DNA from: an uncultured Arcobacter sp.
Lineage (GTDB): Bacteria > Campylobacterota > Campylobacteria > Campylobacterales > Arcobacteraceae
Direction of reading: 5' to 3'
Assembly: GCA_965140705.1 (NCBI GenBank)
Contig: OZ223301.1
Location: 274,490 to 338,489 of the forward strand
DNA: 64,000 bases
Shown: positions 1 to 10,301 of the stretch, in pieces
Layout of the letters: every line of letters begins with the position of its first letter
Position numbering within the stretch: the stretch's first letter is position 1
Translations under genes and position numbers: made by a program
The notes under the pieces: generated by a model
What the model saw: only the letters and a program-made list of their open reading frames with translations
Told to the model about the DNA's origin: nothing
Database searches by the model: none

Positions 1-1
1 A

Positions 2-1036
2 ATTATTAATGAAATGATTGCTGTACGAGAAAAAGGTATTGAGGTATTTTTAGCTTGTAGAGATAACTCAGTTATAAAACAAAAAGCAATAGAAAATAAA
101 ATAAAAGTTTTTACTTTACCATTTAGAGGAAATGTAGATTTTAAAACAATGTTTGCTTTGATAAGAATAGTAAAAGAATATAAAATAGATATTATTAATA
201 CTCATAGTGGAAAAGATACTTGGGTTGGTGGGCTTGCTGCTAAATTCTCAGGTATTAAATTTATTAGAACAAGACATTTATCAAATAAAATTAGAAGTAG
301 TAGGTTAAATTTTATTAATGAATTAGCTGATTTTGTATTTACAACTGGTGAGAGTGTTAAAAAGGATATGATTAAGTATAATCGTATAAATCCAGAAAAG
401 ATAGTTTCTATCCCTTCTGGAATAGATGAAGAAATATTTAATCCAGATTTATATGAAAAAAACAAATCAAAAGAATTATTTAATATGGATAATTCTATTA
501 TCATAGGTAATGTTGCTGTATTAAGAGATTGTAAAAGACATGATAATTTTTTAGAAATTGCTAGAAGACTTATTGATTTATACAAAAATAAAAAGTTTAA
601 ATTTTATATTGCAGGGGAAGGACCTATGCGTGATTTTGTTGAAAATAAAATCAAAGAACTTTCTCTTGAAAATGATGTTATATTATTAGGACATATTACT
701 AATGTTGCAGAATTTTTAACTGCATTGGATATTTTTTTATTTACTTCTGATGAGAGAGAAGGAATTCCTCAATCAGTTATGCAAGCATTATTAATGAATA
801 AGAATGTTGTTTCAACTAATGATGGTAGTACTTCTGATCTATATAAAGGTAATAATTTTTTGATTTCAGATGTTGATATTGAAAGTGTATATAAAAATGT
901 TTGTAAGATGGTTGAAAACTTGGATAATGAAGGTTTTTTAAATATTAATAGAAAGTATATTGTAGAAAATTTTTCTAAAGTAGCATCGACAAAAAAAATA
1001 ATTAACTGCTATAATGAAATGATGAATAATTCATGA
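2..1036 (+). CDS. Glycosyltransferase family 4 (LPS/LOS core), 5' end outside window
   Basis: Frame is open from base 2. GT-B motifs NTHSGKD, IAGEGP and DIFLFTSDEREGIPQSVMQA. Confidence 0.85.
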   Translation: MINEMIAVREKGIEVFLACRDNSVIKQKAIENKIKVFTLPFRGNVDFKTMFALIRIVKEYKIDIINTHSGKDTWVGGLAAKFSGIKFIRTRHLSNKIRSSRLNFINELADFVFTTGESVKKDMIKYNRINPEKIVSIPSGIDEEIFNPDLYEKNKSKELFNMDNSIIIGNVAVLRDCKRHDNFLEIARRLIDLYKNKKFKFYIAGEGPMRDFVENKIKELSLENDVILLGHITNVAEFLTALDIFLFTSDEREGIPQSVMQALLMNKNVVSTNDGSTSDLYKGNNFLISDVDIESVYKNVCKMVENLDNEGFLNINRKYIVENFSKVASTKKIINCYNEMMNNS

Positions 1037-2115
1037 AAAAACTTATCAAACTTTATAATAAGATAATGATTAATTTTAAAAATAAATCAGAACCTATTAA
1101 AATGGAAAAAGTTTTAATAGTATCAAATACTGCATTGGGAGATCTTTTATTATCAACTCCAGCCATAAAAAGTTTAAAAAAAAGTTTTCCTAATCTATAT
1201 ATTGAGTTAATGATTAATAAAAAATTATTAAATTTATTTAATAATTTTGAGTATGTAGATAATGTAATCGCATATGATCGTAGTTTTTTTGGACTGATTA
1301 ATCATATAAAATATTTAAAAGAAAAAAAGTTTGATACAATTTTTTTCCTACATTCAAATGGACCACAAGATTTATTTATTGCTTTAGCTTCTAATATTAA
1401 AAATGTTTTAAAAGCAATAAACTATCCCTCAAAAGTATCAGATGAATTTTCTAAATTTATTTTAAATAAACCAGATTATAGTAATAAAAAACATATTATT
1501 GAGCATAGGTTAGATTTGATAAGAGTATTTAGTCCTAAAATAATTGATAAAACTATTTCTTTACCTAATTTGTATTATGAAAGTTTTTTAAAAGAAAAGA
1601 AAATAAATATTGGTATTCAGTTAGGAGCAGCAGATATTTATAAAATGTGGCCTTTAGATAATTTCATAGAGCTCATAAATAAAATTGATGAAAATATAAA
1701 TGAAGACTTTAGTATTACTTTTTTTGGTTTAAAAGAAGAAAAAAAATTGTCTGATAATGTTATATCAAAAATTAATGAAAGTAACACGATAAATCTCTGT
1801 GGTAAGACAACTATTGATGAATTACCATATAAATTAAAAGAGGTTGATTTCTTATTAACTAATGATACAGGAACATTACATTTAGCAATTGCATTAAATA
1901 TTCCAACTATTTCTTTATTTTCACCAACAGATTCAAAAATTTTTGGTCCATATCAAGATTTTGATAAACATATTGTAATCCAAGAGGATGGTGATTTTAT
2001 TAATGTTAAAGCAAAAAAACAAAGAACACAAGAAGCTATGAGTTTAATAAGTGTAGAAAAAGTATTTGATTCTATAAAACTTCAATTAAAAAGGTTGAAT
2101 AAATGTGTGGAATAG
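1033..2115 (+). CDS. Glycosyltransferase family 9 (heptosyltransferase-like)
   Basis: ALGDLLLSTPAIKSLK at the N-terminus and LLTNDTGTLHLAIAL, both GT9 signatures. Confidence 0.9.
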   Translation: MKKLIKLYNKIMINFKNKSEPIKMEKVLIVSNTALGDLLLSTPAIKSLKKSFPNLYIELMINKKLLNLFNNFEYVDNVIAYDRSFFGLINHIKYLKEKKFDTIFFLHSNGPQDLFIALASNIKNVLKAINYPSKVSDEFSKFILNKPDYSNKKHIIEHRLDLIRVFSPKIIDKTISLPNLYYESFLKEKKINIGIQLGAADIYKMWPLDNFIELINKIDENINEDFSITFFGLKEEKKLSDNVISKINESNTINLCGKTTIDELPYKLKEVDFLLTNDTGTLHLAIALNIPTISLFSPTDSKIFGPYQDFDKHIVIQEDGDFINVKAKKQRTQEAMSLISVEKVFDSIKLQLKRLNKCVE

Positions 2116-4031
2116 TTGGGATTTTTTCTACAAAAAGAAGCTTTGATACTGATAATATTAGTTCTATGTTAAATTATATTTCTCATAGAGGTCCAGATGA
2201 TTCAGGAATAAAATTTTTTGATACTTTAAATCCAAATCAAGATAATATAGTAGATGGAAATTTATCTTTTGGACATAAAAGATTAAGTATTCTTGATTTG
2301 TCAAAATCAGGTCATCAACCTATGTCTGATATCACTAAAAATTTTTGGATTACATATAATGGAGAAATTTTCAATTTTCAAGAGATAAGGGATAACTTAA
2401 TAAAAAAAGGGTATTCCTTTCACTCAAATACAGATACAGAAGTAATAATTTATGCTTATATAGAATATGGTGAAAAATGCCTTGATTTATTTAGAGGCTT
2501 TTTTGCTTTTTGTATTTATGATATAAAAAAACAAGAACTTTTTTTAGCAAGGGATAGATTAGGATCAAAACCATTAAAATATTATTTTGATGGTGATACT
2601 TTTGCTTTTGCATCTGAAATAAAAGCTTTTTATCCTATAAAAGAGATTAAGAAAGTAGTAAGTTTAGATTCAATTAGTGAATACCTTTCTTTAAAATATA
2701 TTCCAGCTCCAAGGACTATATTTAAAGATATTAAAAAATTATCTTCAGGTCATTATATAAAGTTTTTTTTGAGTACAAGAGAATTAAATATTAAAAAATA
2801 CTGGGAACCTATTTTTGAACCTAAAGAAAAAATATCTTATTCTGAAGCTAAAATAAAAACAAAAGAACTTTTGTCTGATGCAATTAATATTAGAATGATA
2901 TCAGATGTTCCTGTGGGTGTTTTTTTAAGTGGAGGAATTGATTCTTCTTCTATAGTTGCATTATTAAGGGAAAAAGATAATAATAAAGATATTAATACTT
3001 TCTCTGTAGGATTTAACGATTCAAAATTTGATGAAAGAGTTTATGCAAAAGAGATATCAAATATATTTAAAACCAATCATACAGAGTTTTTAATTGAGCC
3101 AAATTTAGAAAATGATTTAGAAATGATAATTAATAATTATGATGAACCTTTTTCTGACCCTTCAATAATCCCTACTTATTATTTAGCAAATAAAGTCTCA
3201 GATTATGTAAAAGTTGTACTAGGTGGTGATGGTGCTGATGAAATGTTAAGTGGATATAAAAGATATAACATTCATAAAAGAAATGCATTTTTAAATTATT
3301 TTCCCTCAAGCTTTTATAATCTTAATAATAAATTACTTTCTAAGTTAGATTTTAATCTAAATAAATCAAAAGGGATAGGAAAACTTTCTCGTATTAGTGA
3401 ATCATTGGCAGGAAATTTATTAGATACTTATTATTTAAGATTAACAGGTTTTTCAAAAAAACAAAAATTTGAATTATTCAATAAAGATTTTATGCAAATA
3501 ACTACTAAAGTATGGAATAATGATATATATGATTATTTTAAAATACATAAAAATTTAAATAATATTGATTCTTTGATGGCAATTGATCAAATAACTCATT
3601 TACCTGAATATATTTTAACAAAATCAGATATTTCTGGAATGGCGAATAGTATAGAGGCAAGAGCCCCGTTTATAGATGTTAAATTTATAGAATGGATTAA
3701 CAAATTAGAATCTTCTTTTAAAAATAAGGGTTATAGTAAAAGAATATTGAAAGATATTTTAGAAGAAACAGGTGTTCCTAAACATATAATTCATAGAAAA
3801 AAAGCTGGTTTCACTCCTCCTTTACAAGGTTGGATAAAAGAATTAAATTTATTGGTTAAGAAATATATTTTAGATAATGATACTTTAGATTTTTTTGATA
3901 AAAATATAAGAAAAAAAATTTATGATTTTAATATAGAAAATAATTATAGTTTTTCTAATCATGTGTGGATACTTTTGGTTCTTGCAATTTGGTTGGAATC
4001 AAATAAAGAGTTTATAGAAATTGAGAAATAA
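2103..4031 (+). CDS. asnB: Asparagine synthase (glutamine-hydrolysing) family amidotransferase, probably glycan-amidating
   Basis: N-terminal MCGIVG Ntn cysteine, HRGPD, RLSILDLS, FLSGGIDSS, GDGADE. Embedded in the LOS locus. Confidence 0.92.
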   Translation: MCGIVGIFSTKRSFDTDNISSMLNYISHRGPDDSGIKFFDTLNPNQDNIVDGNLSFGHKRLSILDLSKSGHQPMSDITKNFWITYNGEIFNFQEIRDNLIKKGYSFHSNTDTEVIIYAYIEYGEKCLDLFRGFFAFCIYDIKKQELFLARDRLGSKPLKYYFDGDTFAFASEIKAFYPIKEIKKVVSLDSISEYLSLKYIPAPRTIFKDIKKLSSGHYIKFFLSTRELNIKKYWEPIFEPKEKISYSEAKIKTKELLSDAINIRMISDVPVGVFLSGGIDSSSIVALLREKDNNKDINTFSVGFNDSKFDERVYAKEISNIFKTNHTEFLIEPNLENDLEMIINNYDEPFSDPSIIPTYYLANKVSDYVKVVLGGDGADEMLSGYKRYNIHKRNAFLNYFPSSFYNLNNKLLSKLDFNLNKSKGIGKLSRISESLAGNLLDTYYLRLTGFSKKQKFELFNKDFMQITTKVWNNDIYDYFKIHKNLNNIDSLMAIDQITHLPEYILTKSDISGMANSIEARAPFIDVKFIEWINKLESSFKNKGYSKRILKDILEETGVPKHIIHRKKAGFTPPLQGWIKELNLLVKKYILDNDTLDFFDKNIRKKIYDFNIENNYSFSNHVWILLVLAIWLESNKEFIEIEK

Positions 4032-4055
4032 TTAGACTTAAAATAAGGATAGATT

Positions 4056-5006
4056 TTGAATAAAAAAGTTTTAATTGTAGGAAATGGTAAATCTTCAGTA
4101 AATTCTAATATTACAGAAATAGTAAAAGATAAAGATATATTTAGAGTAAATCGATTTTATTTAGAACCTAAAAAGATTTTTGGAGATAAAATAAAGTTTT
4201 TAAGTTGTATTGGTGAACCATATAGCTTATTTATATTGAATTATTTAATGAATAAAAATGTTTATAAAATAGAAAAAATAGGTTATAAAGAGATGAATAG
4301 TAAACATTTTTTTTCACCTCTAATATCAAATAAGTTTATTCCTTGGAAAAAAATTGAATTACAATATAGTTTAGATGATAAAGTTAATGGCTTTAATGGA
4401 TTAAATAGACTTAATACAAAAAGAAAACATGATAAAATTACTTCTGGTGTTTATTTAATAAATTGTGCTATACAAATGGGATATGATGATATATCAATTG
4501 TAGGTATTGATTTTTATTCTGAAAAAAGTTTAAAGAAATATCCAATTATTACTCCAGAGAAACTAAAAAAAATCTCTCTATTTGAAGGTCAATATCGAAG
4601 TAAACGAAGAAGAAAATTGAAAAAAAGCAGTTATGATGATGATTTACACTCTTATGAAACTGATAGTTATTATGTACAACAAATCGCTAATCAATATAAA
4701 AATATAAAATTTAATATTTATGTTGATGAAGAAAATCCTTTTAATAATTGGAACAAAATAGCTAGTGAATGTGATAATATAATAGTTAATCTACTAGCTG
4801 AAAGTTCTGAAAGTGGGACTGAACTAAACTCACATTGTTTTAATGAAATTAATGAAGCTATTGATGACTATAAATCTAAATATTTTTTTAAAGATAAATA
4901 TATGAGGATAATAAATATTTTAAATAATAAAAAAACAATAATAAAAAAGCTCTTTTATTATATTACTGATAATGAATTTATGGATAAAATAAGAGGTATA
5001 AATTGA
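4056..5006 (+). CDS. GT42 (Cst-I/Cst-II-like) sialyltransferase/nonulosonic acid transferase homologue
   Basis: KKVLIVGNGKS, IFRVNRFY, ITSGVYLINCAIQMGY, GIDFY and LHSYETD line up with the C. jejuni Cst-II motifs. TTG start with AAGGA RBS. Confidence 0.82.
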   Translation: MNKKVLIVGNGKSSVNSNITEIVKDKDIFRVNRFYLEPKKIFGDKIKFLSCIGEPYSLFILNYLMNKNVYKIEKIGYKEMNSKHFFSPLISNKFIPWKKIELQYSLDDKVNGFNGLNRLNTKRKHDKITSGVYLINCAIQMGYDDISIVGIDFYSEKSLKKYPIITPEKLKKISLFEGQYRSKRRRKLKKSSYDDDLHSYETDSYYVQQIANQYKNIKFNIYVDEENPFNNWNKIASECDNIIVNLLAESSESGTELNSHCFNEINEAIDDYKSKYFFKDKYMRIINILNNKKTIIKKLFYYITDNEFMDKIRGIN

Positions 5007-5971
5007 ATTTTTTAGAAAAAAGAATTCTTTTAGTTAGAAATGATAATGTTGGCGATCTCATTTGTACAATACCTTCAATAGAGGCTTTAAGAAAGAAATA
5101 TCCAAATAATCAAATAGATATTGTAGTAAATAGTTATAATTATAGCGCAATTGATAAAAATCCATTTGTTAATAAAATTTATTGCTATACAAAACCCAAA
5201 CATAAAAAAAGTTTTTTTGATAAGTTGAAAGCTGGATTAGGAAAGTTAAGTATTCTCCTTAAAATAATTAAAGAAAAATATGATGTTGTAATAGTTTTTA
5301 GAAGTGATTATTCAAAATCAGCTGAGTTGTTTTCTAATATTACTAATGCAAAATACAAAATTGGAGTGAAGAATCCAAAAGGGAAAGATAATTTTAATAT
5401 ACACATTCCTATTGATAATAAAAAACATGAAGTTGAATTTTGTTTTGATTGTTTAAATCCTTTAGGTATTAAATATGAAAATGAGAAAACAAGATATTAT
5501 ATCCCTAATGAATTAACAAATAAATATAAAGAATATAGTAATCATATTCTTTTTCATATATCTTCTAGAATTAAAGAGAATCAATATTCCAATGAAAATT
5601 TTTTGAAAGTTATAAATGGACTAATGGATTATAATATTTTAATAAGTGCTGAGCCAGTAAATTTTGCTGATGCAGAATATATTGAATCTAATAGTCATGC
5701 AAAATTTATAAAAACATCATCCTTAACAGACTTAGGTGGGCTAATAAAAAATGCTAAGTTATTTATAACTTTAGATGGTGGAGCAATGCATTTAGGACCA
5801 GCAGTTGGTACAAAAACAATATCAATAAGTGGTAAAACAAATATGGATAAATGGTACCCTTGGGGATATAAGGAGTATGTAATTCAACATAAAACAAAAA
5901 TTGCAAATAATATAGTCCCAAGTTTAATTACTGAAAAAATAAAAGGAATAAGTAGTGAAATTACTTATTAA
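5003..5971 (+). CDS. Glycosyltransferase family 9
   Basis: RNDNVGDLICTIPSIEALRK and FITLDGGAMHLGPAVG. Confidence 0.88.
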   Translation: MNFLEKRILLVRNDNVGDLICTIPSIEALRKKYPNNQIDIVVNSYNYSAIDKNPFVNKIYCYTKPKHKKSFFDKLKAGLGKLSILLKIIKEKYDVVIVFRSDYSKSAELFSNITNAKYKIGVKNPKGKDNFNIHIPIDNKKHEVEFCFDCLNPLGIKYENEKTRYYIPNELTNKYKEYSNHILFHISSRIKENQYSNENFLKVINGLMDYNILISAEPVNFADAEYIESNSHAKFIKTSSLTDLGGLIKNAKLFITLDGGAMHLGPAVGTKTISISGKTNMDKWYPWGYKEYVIQHKTKIANNIVPSLITEKIKGISSEITY

Positions 5972-6974
5972 TAAAAGATTAGAGAAGTATAAAGTAAACT
6001 CCTCTCCAATAACAAACCGAGATATAGAAAATGCAAAAAAAGTATTGTTTTCTGTATTTTCTAGATATGGAGATGGAATAATTTCATTTTCAATTATAAA
6101 AGAATTTATAAATAAATTTCCTAATAAAGAGTATATTGTACTTACTTCTAGACAACAACTTCCATATGCAAAAGAAATATTATCAGATTTCAATAATGTA
6201 ATAGTGAAAAAAGTGAATAAAAGAAATCCTTTTGAATTATTAACTATAGTTAGTTTTTTGAAAAATATTAATATTGATTTAGGCTTTAATCCTTGGGGAC
6301 ATGGTACTGATAGTGAATATTTTATTACCTTTGCTAAAAAATTTTATTTTTATAAAAACTTTGATAATTTTGATAAAACATATAATTTATATGATAGGAT
6401 TATTGAATATTTTAATTTAGAAAAAGTTGAAAAAAAAGAATTAATTCCTTTTGAAATAAATAATTTAAATTCAGTATTAATTGCTCCAATCTCTACTGAT
6501 ATAACAAAAAACTTAACAATGAATCAGGTGAATTTTTTAATAAAAAAGATAAAAGATAAGTTTTCTAAAGTTGAAGTTACAGTAGCTCTCCCATCTTCTT
6601 TAAAAAAAGAACAAGTAGATGCCAAAAAGTTTATTTTTGCTAAAAGTGTAAATAATTCATGTGAGTACTTAAATATTTTAAAAAAATCGGATCTATTCAT
6701 TGGTGTTGATTCTGGTCCTTTGCATCTCTCTTTAGCATTAAAAATAGATTCTATAGCAATATTTGGGCCTACGTCACCGTTTACAATTTTTAACCATAAT
6801 CAAAGAGTAGTTTATTTAAGAGATGATAAGATGAAAGATAATTTTTGTTTTGTTAAAGGATGCAATAATCCAATATGTATAAATGAAACAATGTTATCAA
6901 AAATATTTGATGCAAATTCTGTTTTAGATAAATTTATTAATCTTGAAGAAAATAAATGTTTAATGAAAAATTGA
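5955..6974 (+). CDS. Glycosyltransferase family 9
   Basis: SRYGDGIIS and FIGVDSGPLHLSLAL...IFGPT. Confidence 0.85.
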   Translation: MKLLINKRLEKYKVNSSPITNRDIENAKKVLFSVFSRYGDGIISFSIIKEFINKFPNKEYIVLTSRQQLPYAKEILSDFNNVIVKKVNKRNPFELLTIVSFLKNINIDLGFNPWGHGTDSEYFITFAKKFYFYKNFDNFDKTYNLYDRIIEYFNLEKVEKKELIPFEINNLNSVLIAPISTDITKNLTMNQVNFLIKKIKDKFSKVEVTVALPSSLKKEQVDAKKFIFAKSVNNSCEYLNILKKSDLFIGVDSGPLHLSLALKIDSIAIFGPTSPFTIFNHNQRVVYLRDDKMKDNFCFVKGCNNPICINETMLSKIFDANSVLDKFINLEENKCLMKN

Positions 6975-7020
6975 TTTATGATAAATCAAAAAGTAATAAA
7001 TATAATATAGGAGAAAATAA

Positions 7021-8364
7021 TTGAATTTAATATTGAACAGAAGTATTTTATTTTTTATAGGATTGTTAGTTTTTATATTACCTATTGCTCACACAATTGC
7101 AATTAGAAATATTTCAATATTATTTTTAATATTAATATTAATTTATATTTTTTCTAGAAAAAAGATAAATAGTTTTAGAAGTTTATTTGAAAAAGAGACA
7201 AGAAATATTGCAATAATTTTATCTCTTTTTTCTTTTTGGTTGTATGTTGTAGCTTTCTTTATATCAAATGAAACTTCATGGACCTTAAGTGAAATAAAAA
7301 GTCAATGGATGACTCCTTTAGTTTATTTTTTGTCATTTGCATTTGTGAGTATTTATTCATTAAAAGAAGAAAAAGATTTTCAGAAAAACTTTTATACTAT
7401 AATTTTTTTAATGCTGTTTATTCATGTTTTATATATAGATTTATATGCTTTTAAATATTATGTTGATACAAAATCTATTCTTAGTAGATTTGCAGGATTA
7501 ACAGAAGGTCCTGATAAATCAAATTATATTACTAATGTTTTATTAGCTTTTTTAGTATCTGAGGTTGTTTATAGATTCCGAACGTCAAAAAAAGTACTTA
7601 ATATAAATAATTTTGTATTATTTTTAATAATAGGATTAACAATTATAAGTTCTGTTTTTGAGGGAATGAGAAATGGTGTAGTTGCAGTTATATTTTTGAC
7701 AATAAGTGGAATATTTCTATCTTTTTATAATAATGAAAAATATACAAAAAAATTTAAAATAATTGTCTCACTATTTATTTTGATTATATTAACTTTTCCA
7801 ACTATATATAATATAAAAAATGACAAAAGATGGAATACCTTAATATCAACAATACCTTATGCACTAGATACACAAGTAAATAAGTATTGGTTAAATAGTA
7901 AGAAATACTCTTTACCTAAGTTTCCTAATGGAAATGACGTTGAGGCATCTGCATATTTAAGGTTCGCCTGGGGATATGAAGGATTAAAATTAATTGTAGA
8001 AAATCCCCTTGGTCTTGGTTTTGGAAGAAATGCTTTTGCTCATGGTCTAAAAGCTAAATATGATGATGTAAAAAATGTAGGTCATTCTCATAGTGGATTA
8101 ATAGATTTAACTATTGGAGTTGGAATTCCTGGTTTACTTCTTTGGTTAAGTTTTGGAATATATTTGATGTATTTATCTTATATAATTTTTATAAAATATC
8201 ATAGTTTTTATGCTTTAGTTTTATTCTTTAATGTATCAGGCTTTTTTTCTAGGTTTGTAGTTGATAGTAATATGAGGGATCATATGTTTGAAACATTTAT
8301 GCTAATTATTGGATTTTCATTTATATTTATGCTAAAAGACAAATATGATGCTGAAAAAAATTAA
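7021..8364 (+). CDS. O-antigen ligase family membrane protein (WaaL-like)
   Basis: Many TM helices. Periplasmic loop with R...W...ENPLGLGFG and HSHSGLIDLTIGVGIPGL. TTG start, GGAG RBS. Confidence 0.85.
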   Translation: MNLILNRSILFFIGLLVFILPIAHTIAIRNISILFLILILIYIFSRKKINSFRSLFEKETRNIAIILSLFSFWLYVVAFFISNETSWTLSEIKSQWMTPLVYFLSFAFVSIYSLKEEKDFQKNFYTIIFLMLFIHVLYIDLYAFKYYVDTKSILSRFAGLTEGPDKSNYITNVLLAFLVSEVVYRFRTSKKVLNINNFVLFLIIGLTIISSVFEGMRNGVVAVIFLTISGIFLSFYNNEKYTKKFKIIVSLFILIILTFPTIYNIKNDKRWNTLISTIPYALDTQVNKYWLNSKKYSLPKFPNGNDVEASAYLRFAWGYEGLKLIVENPLGLGFGRNAFAHGLKAKYDDVKNVGHSHSGLIDLTIGVGIPGLLLWLSFGIYLMYLSYIIFIKYHSFYALVLFFNVSGFFSRFVVDSNMRDHMFETFMLIIGFSFIFMLKDKYDAEKN

Positions 8365-9391
8365 ATTTATCCGTGCCAATAAAACAAAATTTGGGGGAGC
8401 AGAAGTCTATCTTTCTCGACTTTCAGATGAATTAAATAAGTTAAATATTGCACATGATTTAATTCACTCTTCTATTCCAAAATTTTTGCCTTCATGGCTT
8501 AGAGTACTTTTATTTAATGATGAGGTATGTAAAAATAAAAAAGATAATTTTTATTTTTCTTTGGAAAGAATCTCTTGTCCTGATATTTATCGTGCTGGAG
8601 ATGGGGTACATAAAGTATTTTTGCAAATTGAAAAGAAATCTAAATTTAATCCTTTACATATTGTTTATTTAACTCTAGAAAAAAAATGTTTTTCTAATGC
8701 AAAAAAAATCATAGCAATTTCAAATATGGTGAAAAGTGATATAATAAATGCATATGACATAGAGCCAAATAAGATTGAAGTTGTCTATAATGGTTTTAAA
8801 CTTAATAAAGCTAATTATAATAAGTCTTATGAAAATCTAAAGAAAGAGTTTGATTTAGAAAAACGAAAAAACGAAAAAGTATTTTTGTATGTAGGCAGTG
8901 GATATAAAAGGAAAGGTGTTAAAGAATTTTTAGTGATATTATCAAAATTAAGAAATACTAATTTTTTTGCTTTTATTATAGGGAAGGAGAAAAAGTTAAA
9001 TTATTATAAAAATTATGCTAAAGAATTAGGGCTAGAGGATAAAGTAATATTTACTGGTCCTAGAAGTGATGTTAAGGATTTTTACTCTATTTCAGATATA
9101 TTTTTATTTCCAACAAAATATGAACCTTTTGGTAATGTAATTATTGAAGCAATGAATTATGAAAATGTTGTTATAACTACAAAATATTGCGGTGGAGGTG
9201 AAATAATCAATCAAGAATATATAATGGAAACCCCTACAGATTATTCAATAATTGAAAAGATAGATAATCTTCTTGCAAATGAAGATAAAATATCTGAAAT
9301 AAAAGCTCAAAATTTAGAGATAGTAAAAAACTTCTCAATTGAAAAAAATGTTGAACAAACTTTGAAAGTGATAAATGAAGTTATTAATTGA
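8345..9391 (+). CDS. Glycosyltransferase family 4 (WaaG-like LPS glucosyltransferase)
   Basis: FGGAEVY, DIYRAGDGVH, GSGYKRKG, FPTKYEPFGNVIIEAM. Confidence 0.88.
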   Translation: MMLKKIKFIRANKTKFGGAEVYLSRLSDELNKLNIAHDLIHSSIPKFLPSWLRVLLFNDEVCKNKKDNFYFSLERISCPDIYRAGDGVHKVFLQIEKKSKFNPLHIVYLTLEKKCFSNAKKIIAISNMVKSDIINAYDIEPNKIEVVYNGFKLNKANYNKSYENLKKEFDLEKRKNEKVFLYVGSGYKRKGVKEFLVILSKLRNTNFFAFIIGKEKKLNYYKNYAKELGLEDKVIFTGPRSDVKDFYSISDIFLFPTKYEPFGNVIIEAMNYENVVITTKYCGGGEIINQEYIMETPTDYSIIEKIDNLLANEDKISEIKAQNLEIVKNFSIEKNVEQTLKVINEVIN

Positions 9392-10301
9392 AATACCAAC
9401 TTGGCTTGGTGATACTATTATGGCAACTCCTGCTATTGAAAATCTTTTAAATTATTATCCCAAGGCTAGTGTTACTATTTTGGGCTCTTTTGTTGCTACA
9501 TCAGTTTTTAAAAACCATCCAAGAGTTAATAATATAGTTGTAGATGAAACAAAGAAGAAAAAAAATCGTTATGTGGCATTATATAAGTTATCAAAAGAGA
9601 TTGGTAAGTTTGATATGTCTGTTAGTTTTCGAAGTTCTTTCTCTACAAAGTTATTTTTATTTTTTGTGGGTTCACCTAAAAGATTTAGATATAAAAAAAT
9701 AAAAAAGCATATGCATCAAGTTCTACGTTACAATGACTTTATAAATAAAGTTTTAAAGCAAAAAAATGAAGCAGGGGATTTAAAGCTTTATTATAAACCT
9801 TTTGAATATAAAAAACCAACTTTAGGAATAAATCCAGGTGCAACTTATGGAAGTGCAAAGAGATGGTATCCTGAAGAGTTTGCTAAGGTAGCTATAAATT
9901 TAGCTTCAAAATATGACATAATCATTTTTGGTGGTTTAGGTGAAGTCGATATTGCTAATGACATAGCAGAGTCTTTAAAGAGTAGTGGAATATCAAATTA
10001 TGAAAATTTAGCTGGTAAAACTACAGTTTCTGAATTGATAGAAAAGATTGCAGGATTGGATATTTTTGTTACAAATGATTCTGGACCTATGCATATTGCA
10101 GCAGCTTATAAAGTCCAAACATATAGTATCTTTGGACCTACAAAATATAAAGAGACTAATCAATGGAATAATCCAAATGAGCACATTATTACTAAAAACT
10201 TAGATTGTGCCCCTTGTATGAAAAGAGTGTGCCCCTTAGGTCATCATGATTGTATGAAGTTAATTAAAGCAGAAGATGTATTAAAGGTGATAAATGAATA
10301 A
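9375..10301 (+). CDS. waaF: LPS heptosyltransferase II
   Basis: PTWLGDTIMATP, INPGATYGSAKRW, TNDSGPMHIAAA, and C-terminal CAPCMKRVCPLGHHDCM. Confidence 0.92.
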   Translation: MKLLIEIPTWLGDTIMATPAIENLLNYYPKASVTILGSFVATSVFKNHPRVNNIVVDETKKKKNRYVALYKLSKEIGKFDMSVSFRSSFSTKLFLFFVGSPKRFRYKKIKKHMHQVLRYNDFINKVLKQKNEAGDLKLYYKPFEYKKPTLGINPGATYGSAKRWYPEEFAKVAINLASKYDIIIFGGLGEVDIANDIAESLKSSGISNYENLAGKTTVSELIEKIAGLDIFVTNDSGPMHIAAAYKVQTYSIFGPTKYKETNQWNNPNEHIITKNLDCAPCMKRVCPLGHHDCMKLIKAEDVLKVINE

